Below are positions 24,205 to 36,500 of a DNA stretch of 64,000 nt, one piece after another. The translations under genes and the position numbers were made by a program. Under the pieces are notes generated by a model. It had not been told where the DNA came from, made no database searches, and saw only the letters and a program-made list of their open reading frames with translations. The stretch is from Phoronis australis. Its lineage: Eukaryota > Animalia > Phoronida. Within the stretch, counting starts at the first letter, position 1. Each line of letters begins with the position of its first letter. The DNA is taken from positions 66,260-130,259 of the forward strand of contig NMRA01000204.1 in NCBI GenBank assembly GCA_002633005.1, written 5' to 3'.

Positions 24205-27200
24205 CCATAGATGCTGTTAGATGCTAGAGGTCTGTTTTACGCACAATGCTAGTTCAGGATAGACAATCTTCGTCCCTCACGGACCACAGCGGAATTGTTA
24301 TTAGCTCTTCTCTTTCCTCATCAATGCTCTTCTCATGTGCAGCAATTCTATTCTTTAGAAAACAATTCGTTTCCCACTAAAAACAGCACATGTTCCCAAT
24401 TTTAGTATCAATACAGATTTGAAACGTTGTATGAAGTGCATGGTACTAGTGCCACTTCTCAGGTGTGAAAAGAAATGCAGTTAATGAGAAAAGACCTGAG
24501 TTCGGAAGAATAGAATTGTTGTTTATGAGAAGAAGACTTGCTCACAAGAATAGAACTGTGTTATTAATGACGGCATGCTGTTGATGAGAGTGCCTGTGCG
24601 AATTTTGCAAAGGAAGACAGTTGTCTGCCCTTAAGGTGTATGCCCAACTGCATCTTAATCTTTTTGTGATTTCCAGTGAAAGATGTAGTCGTGAAGGCGA
24701 TTTTAAATGTAGTCAAGTAACTTGTCGAACTGAATCCTTGTTAACCTAGTTATAAGTGACGCAAAATTCATTGGGTAGTGCTAGTGAAACAAAGGTCCTA
24801 CTTGTGTAGATGTATGCATTCAGGTAGTCACGTGGGACTCTTAGTTCACAGACGGTCCCATTTCTGCTCTCAGTCTAGTCAGATGTTAAAAAGAAAGACT
24901 TTTCATCATTATTACCACCTTGTAAATATCCAGTCACCCTTTCAGTTATTTTGAATAACAATTCAGCTTTTTTACGTTTTTCAAAACCTAGCAGTGGTAA
25001 AGCCTCATTCTCACCGATTTAGGACTCAATATGGTGTACAAGTGAAGTTCATTTTTCATTTTATCACAAAAGATATCCGAATACATGCTTTATCATTTTC
25101 AAATTCTATACCATAGCTCCACCTGGCAATGTTTTGAGAAACTGTGGACATTTGTGATATTGTTAGAAGGCTTTGAAGGATGCAAAAAGCCAATGTTGGC
25201 AATTATTTTTTACCAGAGTTTGTGGGATTCTTAGTGCACACTTGCTAGAAAGAATGATGTTTTATGAAATCTGCACTGTGCAAAATTTCCCTGCTAACTG
25301 TTTTTTTCTTGAAAATTTTAACATATGGAACTCGACTTATCTGCCTTTCTTTGTGCCACAGTGGTGGTTTACTGGTATCAGGCACCACAACTCATAGTTG
25401 CATCACTTGCCTTTGGATACCCGTTTCTTGTCAGACCACTTTGTTTAGATATGTTTGTGTAGCTTTTGAAATAACTGCTAAAACTGGTAGGTGCTTTTTT
25501 ACTTTAAACAGTGAGGTGCAGGTTTCACAATCAATTACCCTATTTTGTTTACTTTACTTTGTTTTAGAACTTTTAACATTTCTTCTGAACAGTGCATTAT
25601 GCAATAGAAAACAAAAGAGGTACATGTCCGTCATAATTTGTGCTCTTGATAATGATTTAACAACTTCCTGTTACTGAAAGATATTACCGTAATATCATCA
25701 TGAAATCTCAACCAGAACAACGTAATGAGTAAGCTTCTGGCTTTTATGAAGGACTTTACGGAATCTGACTTCTTTTACAGAATAAGATATTTCAAACAGA
25801 ATTTACATATTTCAGTAGCATATGCCAGAACTCTAATATTTTTGTTTTAATTACCAGAAATTATGTTTACTACTCATCAAATTAAATTTGGCATCCGGCG
25901 TCATGTGCTCTGATGGGTCTGAGTGCCATGACGTCCTGTAGTGGCAGTTCTGTATCTTAACCTCTTGCAAGTGTTCTTCTGAATCTGAAAACATGATGAT
26001 GCCCTCTTGTGGCATTTTTTAAAGCTCACCTCACTATTTTCAGACTTTCTTGACCCTGCAGATTTTCATGAAATTTAACAAATTTGATGTAATGTATATA
26101 ACCTAGTGATTATTTTTATTACTTTTGCATTTATTTTTGTCGTCCACCGCTTTATCTGTCAAACCGCTCAAAGGATCACTATGAATATTGGCAGATGTGC
26201 TAAGATGGCAATGGCTCTGCCATTGATTTTCAAATGGGCCCAAGTATTGTGGCACCATCTAGTGGCAATTTTTTTTTTTTGCATCCACAGCTGTATCTTC
26301 TAAACCTCTTTCGTGATCTTTGTGGAATTTTTGAAGTATATTCCTATGAACAGAACACAACTTCTTTACTGTTGTACTTCCTAGTGGCAGTTTTTGTTTT
26401 TTTTACGTTTGCCTCTGTGTCTTTGAAGTTACATAAGCTATTTTCATTTATTAGCGAGGCAATAACGCGTTGCCATCTTGGGATGGGATCAAAGTATTTT
26501 GCTCCACCTACTGGTGACCATATGTATGATGATAATAAACTCCCCTGAAGCATGCCATTAGTCATGGGAATGTTTCAATCCTTTGCTCATGCCATAATTT
26601 TTATGTCTTTGGAATTTACAAAACAAAAAAAAAGTACTACGTTGAGTCACATCTTACCACTGGATTTCTTAAGGAATTGCTTTTCTTTAAAGTAGTAATA
26701 GAACCAATCAGAAGGTGGCGAGGTTTGACTACAGTTCACCTCCCCAAGAACTGTCAAACAACATGTTTTATAGATCGACATTTTGTGAGTTTGCTAAAAA
26801 AGTTTAGGGGTAAGGGAAGCAGAAGAATTAAAGCCCAGTTATGAAAATCAGGAATGTTTATTTAGCATTGCTTTTGATCCCTGATATTACATGGTTACTC
26901 ATGCTTTTTTGGTCTGGAAATACCGAGTATTGTTACATGTGGAGATAACTCTGATTGGATATCAGTTACATAAGACACTCTAATGTTGGTTTTCGAAATA
27001 AATGGGATTTGTTTACTTTGCATGGTAATCCTTTTCACTCCTTTTAAGCAAACTAAGTCAAAAGTACATTTATTAATTTCTGTGGAATGTAACTGAATCA
27101 ACCTATCACAGAGGAGTTTTATATGAGAGTTACTTTTTCGTATCTGTGAGGTGCATTAGTAACTTTCATCATTTTTTCCCATGTTTTCATTTGTAGTAAC

Positions 27201-27476
27201 TGTTGTGTCGGACATAGGGACTGTTCTAAACAGGTGCTCTGGCATGCTTTGTGAGATGTGAAAAGTTGCATCGACAGTCGGATTTTTAGGTGTATCTCTG
27301 TAACCATAACTTTTGTTGTTGTTGATGTTGATGTTGTGTTATAAGCAAGTGTTTTGTTTTAGAAAATGTGTCACTGCTTAGAGATTAGCTTGATTTAGAT
27401 TTAGTGTTTAGAGGTTATGCACTTTGTTGGTGCTAATATTCATGACTGTGCCAAGAACTACTCAGGGCATTGTTTG

Positions 27477-27629
27477 CAGTGCTGTAGTGGGGTGTAGGCA
27501 CACATAGGCGCAGCCAACCACCTTTTGGCGTTTGAACGTAGCGCCTACGCACCATAAGTTAGTTCAGTGCACAAGGTGATACCGTGCTCTGGGCGCCTAC
27601 TTACCTCTAATTTTACCACTACAGCACTG
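27477..27629. mobile_element. hAT-like MITE family C, second copy
   Basis: Perfect 14-bp TIR CAGTGCTGTAGTGG/CCACTACAGCACTG; internal sequence homologous to 60586-60744. Confidence 0.75.
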
Positions 27630-29377
27630 ATGTTTGTTATAAAGAGTAACCAGATTGTTTTAATCTCTCTACTTATAATGTAGAAGGTAAATGATACAGC
27701 AATTTTCCACAAAAATTATGGGGACAGTTAGCGGTTTCGTCAAGGCATCAGGTATCTTGGTTACAAACAGTAGGTTGACAATATGTTGACAGCAGTGTTT
27801 TTTTGTTGATTTCAAGTTGTTTTAGTGTATTTGTTTTTACGTTGGCATTGAGGATTTAGAGTAACTAACTGCAAGATCCAAGCAGGTTCATGGACGAATA
27901 AATTAAATATCTTGAAGAGCTCTGACACCAATGCATGAATCAGGCAGCAGGAAAAACATGTTAAACTTTTGTAAATTACCGAATTTATCACAGCAGTGAT
28001 GGGACATTTAGCAGTTTTGTTGACATGTGTGACTTAACACTTTTCTTCCCTATTGCAACCCTGAAGGTTAATTTTGAATTATTATTTTGATGATTTTTTG
28101 TTACAAATGATCAAAAATTTTATGGAGTATCGTTTTATGACCTCTGTAAAATACAAACCATCCCGATAATGAGGTAAATTGTTCTTTATTATTCCTTATT
28201 GTGGAATTTTTTTAAAAGAAAAGCCCACTTGTCCGCTATATTGTGTGCTAAATAGCCTGCGAAGAATGGTTTTATTTTTAGGTTCACTGAAGTATGATTT
28301 AGTAACCTGGTACCTACTAGTTGGCTGTTACTGTGGTTGATCTAACTCAGTTTTGCGTTTTTAAACGTTTCGTTTGGCCCCGTTCGTTGCCATTTCTGAA
28401 GCATGCAGTCAAAAGACATTTTACAAGTGTTGTAATTGTGCGTGATCTTTGCGTATCCCAACAAGCGATTATGTTTTTATAATAAATGAGTATGAAATAA
28501 CATTGGTTAGTGTTTGTTTTCTGGTAAACTTTACCTAAAAATTTGGAAAGTACACAGATATAAAGTACAAGGCAAAAGACTAACAAAAAAAAAGAATTAG
28601 ACCACTGCAAACACATTCCGTTTCGTCGTATGGACAACTTCGTGTAGAATTCAGTAATGCTACTTCGGGAATTGTGGCTTTACTGAATGGGAGGGCATTC
28701 ACGGGCACTGCGGGCACTCCTCTGTAAACCGTTTCGCAACTTGGTATCCTGTCAAAAATAACTGGAAATGGTTGGTCAGCTATCACTTTAAGTCGAACGA
28801 AAGTTTGAGTAAAATATGGCATGCGTTATTTCGATGCACAAGTACAAGAGTTCTTGTTCAATAAGTCGACTCCGAACATACGGGCACACGGCGATTTCTT
28901 GCCTTTACATTGCAGACAGGTGTGTTCTGACAATTTTACTATCCAAAAGTTGTGCATGAAATTTGGTGTAAGCGGACAGTGGTCAACAAAAGTCCTATAC
29001 GTTAACGACGTCGGGTGTAGAGAGGGCTATGAATTTCGTTCTCCCGTCAGAAGCATTCATCCAACTGAAGTATTTGATAGGCATTCAACATTTTTTTTTT
29101 TTTTTTCTACCGACGTTGCGCCGGGAGCCGCCTGGTTCCTACTGGGGTGTATCAGTGACGCGGACAACGATCCCTCACTCCCGTTGCCGATTCAACTCGA
29201 TAAGCCTGGCGCCCGGGTGTCCGCTGATTATAGTTGTCCGACTGGCTTCAAAGCGGTTCTTTGTAAGGCTCTAGTTCGGGAAATTTCCACATTTATTTTG
29301 GGCTCTGAGCTGTTTTGCGGATATCGGAGAAAATAACGGATGGCAGAAAAAAAGGCTGTCGGCTCAGCCTCAGTGCT

Positions 29378-29626
29378 CATGCGCACACCCAGGGGGCTCG
29401 AACGAACCCCCCCCCCCCCCAATTTTGGCGAAGTGAGCAAAAAGGTAAGCCTCAGAGAAACAAAAACTCCGAAAAAATAGAAAACGAAACAAAAGTCCAC
29501 TATTAATGCAGCAACTACCTAAATTCAAATGCACAATTCATAGCTGTGAAAGTACCTCGTTTTTTTGTAAAAGGTCCACATTCTCAAAAATTCGAGTCCC
29601 CATTTATTAGACTGGGTGCGCGCATG
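29378..29626. mobile_element. MITE family D (CATGCGCGCACCCAG-type TIRs)
   Basis: TIRs CATGCGCACACCCAG / CTGGGTGCGCGCATG; homologous copy at ~18320-18577 sharing GCCTCAGAGAAAC.AAAACTCCGAAA and AAAAATTCGAG. Confidence 0.65.
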
Positions 29627-29941
29627 CTTAGTCTAATTCTTCGCGGATGTACGTGTATAGCGAAATCGCAATGGGGGAACTCTTGGGGGCATTGAAACTG
29701 CTTTAACAGTCAGAAATGTCGATTTTTGGATAAGTTGTTATATGCAGTGGCGGATCTAGGATAACATAAGGGGGGGGGGCAACATGTTGTTGCCTCGGGG
29801 AATTGGGCAAAGCGCGGATGTATGCACAGGGTGGCAAAGATGTGTACTTCCTCTCCGCAAGACCTATCACCGGACTAAAAAAAAAAACGGGAACACGATT
29901 CCCCCGCAACCTTGAGTCTTTAAAACAAAAACGGGCACCTG

Positions 29942-30083
29942 CATGGGCGGCGCACCATTGGGGGCAGGCGGAGGGGGCTATAGCCCCCCACTTTTTTCAA
30001 TGCTACGCCCCGCACGTGGTCTGCGGTGCACCACAGGGGGCTGAGGGGGCTTTGCCCCCCACTTTTTCAATGCGCCGCCCATG
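29942..30083. mobile_element. Small GC-rich MITE
   Basis: 13-bp TIR CATGGGCGGCGCA/TGCGCCGCCCATG; two internal GGGGGCT...GCCCCCCACTTTTT units. Confidence 0.55.
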
Positions 30084-30420
30084 ACTTGACACCGCATACT
30101 AACTGAGACCACTCAAGTGTAACACACGGTTTTCGAAACTAGTAATCTGCCATGCGCTCCGCACCCCGCGGGTTTGAGTACACGATTTTGAGGGGCGCAG
30201 GACGGAGTTGGAACTTATAGTTTCGCGTCCATCCTCCAGGCTAATGGAGACTGGATGCGAGACGACACTGAATTTCTGCATTGTCCACTACGCCACAAAA
30301 GAGTTCGCTTCCCGCGTATAGCCGGTGTGCCACTTACACTCAGTCACAGTGCTACGAAAGTATAGGTGGCGCTGTGTCAGAGAGTGTACCACTGTGCCAA
30401 CTGAACGAGATGACCTTAAA

Positions 30421-30571
30421 TGACGTCACAGATCATGTGACCAGAAGGATTCCCGTTCTCGTAAACAAAGAACGAAGTATTAGTTTGTTTACGTATCTTG
30501 CACCGGACGGAAACTCGGTTGTGACGTGTGGGTCGATATATAAGTCAGGGCAAGTCATCGCGTGTTTCAGT
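30421..30571 (+). promoter_or_regulatory. Pol II core promoter with CRE, M-box, two FOXO sites, TATA box and initiator
   Basis: TGACGTCA 30421-30428, TCATGTGA 30433-30440, GTAAACAA 30461-30468, TTGTTTAC 30485-30492, GTGACGTG 30521-30528, TATATAAG 30537-30544, TCAGT Inr with A at 30569 (TATA at about -32), then a donor GAG|GTAACA at 30847. Confidence 0.6.
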
Positions 30572-33500
30572 GGGAACAAAGAGACCAGGGCGAAAGGTGC
30601 GTTGTGGGGATGTGCATGGCCGTGCGGGAAGCCAGACCGCCGTATACAGCGGCTGTCGATGTGAACCCCTTGGAGACGTGCGCGGCAGGAAAGTGCATAG
30701 GTGGTTGACATCCGAAAGTCTCTCTGGCGTTTGACCACGCCGAAGTCAAAGTATAAGGAAAAACCTGATGAGCTGTGATTTCCTAACTGTGCCAGAGAGA
30801 AGTTTTCCGTCACTATAATGGAAAATCTACAGCACCGACGGACTGAGGTAACAAGATACGGTAACGTTTTGTGTTAATTCATTTGATCATTTGAGTCACA
30901 CTGGGTATCAATTCGCCAACCGAGTGTCGATTTCTCAAAAAAAATGTTGACCTATCATTGTATTCTCTTACAGTTGTACTCACTAGCTTGAACTTTGTGG
31001 CGTCTAACACGTACAGTAATAGTGTCGTAAGTCAGACTTCCCTTTGAGCACTTAAAATATAGGTAGGCGGGAATTGCCACTCATAACCCCGGCCCACTGC
31101 GAACCTCAAGCATTCAGGTGCTGTTGTTCATTGTTCGAGTGTATTGGAGTGGGCTGCGGACTCTCGCACTGACTGCGAATTCGCGGAAATGGCAATTTCC
31201 TGTCAGTTGCGTAATAAGCCGTGAGATTCTCGGAACGGCATGTTTATTGTTTACCTCTACCGTAGTGTTCGGTTAAATTGTTGGCAGTGTTCCAGCGATA
31301 TGACGTAATCAGTAGTAAGAGACATGACAGTTGCCGTTTTTAAAGTGCGTCTCCTTGTGGTACCAGCTGTACTCTGGTAACAATGGCTTAACGCAATTAG
31401 GTCTTCCCATTCATCTATTTAAGCGTATAGGGGATGTCAGAGCTCTGCTTCCAAGTGAGATATCCCACCTTTATACCAATAGCTGGAGGCATTGTAGTGC
31501 TCCTTAATCGTTGATACCCAATATAAAACAGGACTTCTAAGATACATATTTCTCGGGAGGGGGGGGGGTCACTCATATTGACAAGGTGTCTCAAAAGTGG
31601 TGTTTGTGAAACAGAACTCCACATAGGAAGGGGTGACTCATGGAAGCTCTCCACATGTACCCCTCCCCCAACCCCCAGCGTGTAAATGGGTTCCCTCAAC
31701 CTCATGAAACAACCTCTTGAAAATGCCTCACAGTTTCACCTATTTGCAGCTGAATGGTCCAATACGGGGAGAAAATAGACTCAAAGACAATTGATGATTT
31801 AACTCCAGTTGTCATGGTCTTTTCGTCCCGAGCGAGCGTGTTGGTCACATGGTGTGGATGTGAAGTGACGAAGTCACAGACAGCAGAGACATATGGTCGA
31901 TGACACTGTTCCCACTCACTCAAAGCTGTGGACAGATAACCTAAGGTAAGTTTTGAAATGACATAAACAGCTGGTTTGCAGGAAAAACAGGGTTCCATTA
32001 GCATTAATCACTTCGTAATGCAATCTAAGTATTTATCACGTAGTTTAGATATTATGGGGGTGACATTTACATTTTAATACTGAGTAATTTGATATTGGTT
32101 GTAGCTACTAATGAGAGCAGAGAACATTTCTTGTAGATAAGTAATGGTACAGCATGTGTGCTGTCACTGTAATATTAATATACTTAAAAGGATAAGCTGT
32201 ATGAAAAATCCTGCGAGTAATTAAACAACATTTAAACTGAAAATTAAGTAGGGGAAGCCCAGGACTATGTACGTCACATGTTGACATATTTTTTACCTAC
32301 TTAGCACTGGTGGGTAGAGGAGTTAGCTGTTGTAGTGTATGCTGTGTTTGCTAAGTCATAATTTGCTGCATACTGCACAGAGAGCGAAAAATCAGCAATA
32401 GGTGGTGTTTTATTTCTGGTACAAATTTTATAGCAGAATAAAAGAATAATGTCAATGTTTTAGTACCGGTAAGCAGTTATATTTTTTCAAGAAGGTCAGT
32501 TTCTAGTTGACATATTCTGCTCTCGGTTCTTGGGGAAAACATTTTGTGTTGTCAGAAGTTTTGAACAACTGTCAATCATTTCACGTTGATACTTGGCCCA
32601 GTATATTGCGTACGTGCACTGACAGTTCTTGTGCCCACCAGGCTATACTTGCCAACAGCCTCGTCAAAAGCATGGCCTCCATCGCATCACACCATCAAAG
32701 TGGCCCACTTTTGTCATATTCATGGGTCATATTATCTTATATTTTTGTGCCTTTCCAAACACTTTCCATACTCCTGTTATCTCATTTCCTTGTTCCGTTT
32801 CATAGACACAGTTTCATAAAAAGCCTGTTGTGATATTTTTGTGTGTTAGCCTTTGCAGTTTGGCCTATATCCAAATGTCCCGCTTTTTCATTGAATGTTG
32901 GCAACTATGCAGTAGGGGCCGTGTATGACCTACGGCATGACTTTGTTTGCAAATGTGGAGTGCTGGAAGATCAAAGTGCAATTATCTCACAGTTCCTTTC
33001 TTGGCCCACCATTTGTACTAAATTGGTGTGCTCTTTTTTTGTTTAACATATAAAAGGGTGGCCTTACTCATACCCTTGGAATATTCTTTGTCTGGCTATA
33101 CAGGAAACACAGAAAGTTCATTATGTGGTTTTGAAGCAGTGATTCAAATGTCATACAAACAATGCCCCCAGCACACCAGGTTATCTCCAAGCAGCTGACA
33201 ACTGTTTGTATTTGCCTGAACCGACCCTGAACTGTATCATCAGGTTTGAGTATTTGCCAACAACACCACAAAGACCTGATATCTTAGTAAACAAATGTAC
33301 TTTTTTCCAGAAAGGTCATACATAGTTCAGTACTCTGCCTTTGGCTGTCATGTGACTATTTTTTACAAAGAGAGATTTATGAAAATGTAAATGTATGCCT
33401 TCATTCTTGGTTCTTGTAGTCGTTCAGGGTATTTCTGTCATATAAAATCTACTTCCTTTATTTACACAGCATGAATGCACTGAATCCTGTCAATCTTCCC

Positions 33501-36500
33501 GGTCAGTGAACCTTGTTTTGATGTAAAAAATAAACGCACTTTGTTAATCAATACAGCAAGGATTTCAACAATGGTCTGACTAAATCGTTATATGGCAGAT
33601 TGTGGTTAAGAAAAAAAACTGTGTGATTACCACAGGGATTGGATTACACACAACCGTACTGTAGAAACCACAGAATATAGTTCACATCTGGGTGGTGGTC
33701 AAATTTAGTATGAGGGTTGGGGGCACCTGACACATTGGGACATCTAGATTGTGGGGCACCGTCCATGAACGGTTTTAAGAGATAGGCATCCTGATGCAAG
33801 GTTTGAAAAACATGCTAGTGCATCAAGGTGATTAAATTTTAAATAAAATTTTTTGTCTTGTTTAAAACATTAGGCATAAAGCCACATAAATGAAAATAAA
33901 TTTTACAGTGTCTCGAAATATTGAAGGTTCTGTTGATGGTATCTCAATCAGAATCTCCTAAAATCAATAAAAATGTATCAAATTCTGGATTCCTACACAC
34001 TCTAGAGAAGCCATGACTGACCCTTTATATGGTTTGCTCACTTTGCTGACCAGTTGGGCCAAGTGTAAGACAGAAGTGTTACAAAATACCTCGCCAAGAG
34101 TTCAGATCTGCATTGAATCTGTAAATTTCATATTATGTACAACTGAATGATTTTCTGTGGAAAAGTCTTGCTTGTTTTATGTCATCAAAACATTTGAGAT
34201 CATTGAGTACACAAACAAAAGTATGTTGTACCTAACCAGTTAATAGCCATGTTTTGTTGAAACCCCTCCTAGGCATTTCTGGCCTACTTACTACAGTTAT
34301 GTAAATATGGTTTGTCAATTACATTTATCATGCATCAGTTGTCTTAGGTCACACCCATTCTGTCAATGTCACTGAAGCCTTTTGGTTGTATCATAGGTGA
34401 AAGGTCACGACCTGATGGGGGTAAAGGAGCCCATTGAAAGTACATAGCAGGTGGAGAAGCAGGGTTCTTCAGTGCATTTTTTGTGTAGGAATAAAAAATC
34501 TTATTGTATAGTTCATTAAGTACTTTTATTGATAAAGTGGCCTACTGTGTAATAAGTTATTGATAAGAGTTATTTAGTTCAATTCGTGCACTTTATTTGG
34601 TTGTACTTTTGTGGTTAGATGCTGGTAGACAGTCTGTCTGCCAAGAAAATAATTAATAAGCCAGTTAGATATACCGACATGCTGGTCACTGGAGCCTCCT
34701 GCAGTCTGGATTTGTCTCTATTTGAATTATTGTTAATTAAGGAACCAATAAATGTTTTGGTTCCTTAATTGCCTTTCATGAAAGGTGAAAGATTCCAGGA
34801 AAAATAGGTGTTGTTGATACCCAATAGACTTCATGATTTGTGCCTATGTACTTCAGAAAGTTATTGACATTTGTTCATGTCAGGTTGTGTACGCTGGTGA
34901 ATGGCTATTTTAGTAATTACTAAGAATTACTAAGAATTGCTAAGAATTTCTAAGTAATTGCTAACAACATAAAAAATTCAGTGACACTTTTTGTCATAGT
35001 ATATATTTTTATGGTGGCTGAAACTGAAACAGGTCGCATGACACATGGGGTATACCGTAAATCAATTTTTTGATATTTCTTGTACTGCAGAATACTAACA
35101 TTTTGTTTACAATATGCCACCCAAGTATGGAAATGACTTAAGTCCTGTTCACACATCAGTTCAGCCACAGTTCCAGGATTTTGTCACGGGGGTCTGACAT
35201 GTGACAAATATAAGGGGCCGCGGGCTTGAGATTCCTTCATTTTATCAAACTGTATAAGCTGATTGAGGGAGTCCAGACCAGCCAATGGATTCACACCTAT
35301 GTTTGAAACAGTTTCTTGTCTCGTGCCAATCAATTATTAGATCGTTCTGTTTACTTCAAGTGTTAATTTCCATTTTAGGGAATGTCCCATGCAGTTAAGC
35401 TTCCATGCTGGTCGTGTTGTGTCATCAAATTCAACGAGGTTGATGCTGCTGCAGTGAAGACTGACCAATGAGGAGATATTCAAGAAAATTCATCCAACAA
35501 ACATCACTTGGGGTGGTAGTAATTTAGGGGTAAAACCTGGGATTAATCTGTTTGAAATAGTTAAAGAAATTGGGTTGAATTTTAAGCATCCCTCATTATT
35601 TATGACAAGACGAGAAACATGTATCAAATTCTGGTAAAACATTTGTTGCTCAGCGTAGGACTATCCCATATTGCACAGACAATCACATGTGTGGTATTTG
35701 ATGTTGATGTTATTTTTTCTTGTAGATGTGTTTAGATTAGCTTGAGTGATTGCCATATTACAATTACCAAACGCCATGGACGTTTAGGCTTCCGAAGCAT
35801 CTTACTGTCTACAGTAAGCGCTACTGTCAAGAATTCAAACCAGAACTTTGAAAAAATAAGATGCATTTATGTTTCCCATTACCTTTGAAAAGAGACACTT
35901 GCTTTCAAGTTTTGAAAGTAATAATTATAAAATAGACCAATAGCAGTAAACACAGTTCACTAAGTAGCGCTACTGTAGGAAGTGTCCAATGATGTCTTCG
36001 TAGTTGTCGTAACAACATGGTTTAACAAGAGGCGTCCATGACAATCACATATACCGCTTGTTACGCACAGTGAAAATTAACAATTCTTGGCTTACAGTTA
36101 ATTTTATTTTTGATTTGCACATTATAATGGGTATTTTTATCGCGCACGCATTTGTTTCTATTGGTTATGGTACAATTCTGTTTTTAAGTGCACATGTCAA
36201 CGCAGTCATAGCTTTGAAGTTATGTTTTAGGGGACTGTGGGCCAGTGACTTGAAAAGCTGAGATGTCTTTGTTATTATAATTATTCATCAGTCACCTTGT
36301 TTCAATATCCAAGTGCAAGATTACGTATATTGGTAAACAAACTGGACACGTTTTGCTCAATATTTGTTCATAAATTACAGATTGTAAAGGTGAGAGTTAA
36401 CAGAATAGTTGTACTTTTGATGATGGAGACTGTGGAAAAAACTTTTACAAACGTAAGTCTCTGTACGAGAAATCATTATTATCATATTAACACTTCCATG

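Noticed and set aside
28821-29336. Longest single ORF in the track (171 aa)
   Set aside because: Runs through a poly(T) tract, has no recognisable motif and no supporting splice structure.
30563-30578. IRE-like hairpin TGTTT-CAGTGG-GAACA
   Set aside because: Lacks the bulged C and lower stem, the loop ends in G, and it straddles the predicted TSS.
30706-30780. CGAAA...CTGATGAG resembling a permuted hammerhead ribozyme
   Set aside because: No UH cleavage triplet at the required position and no stem I or II pairing.
34195-34216. TGAGATCATTG, matching the 5' half of bantam miRNA; other seed-only matches at ~31282, ~40571, ~41071
   Set aside because: Only seed-length identity; 3' halves diverge and no precursor hairpin is evident.
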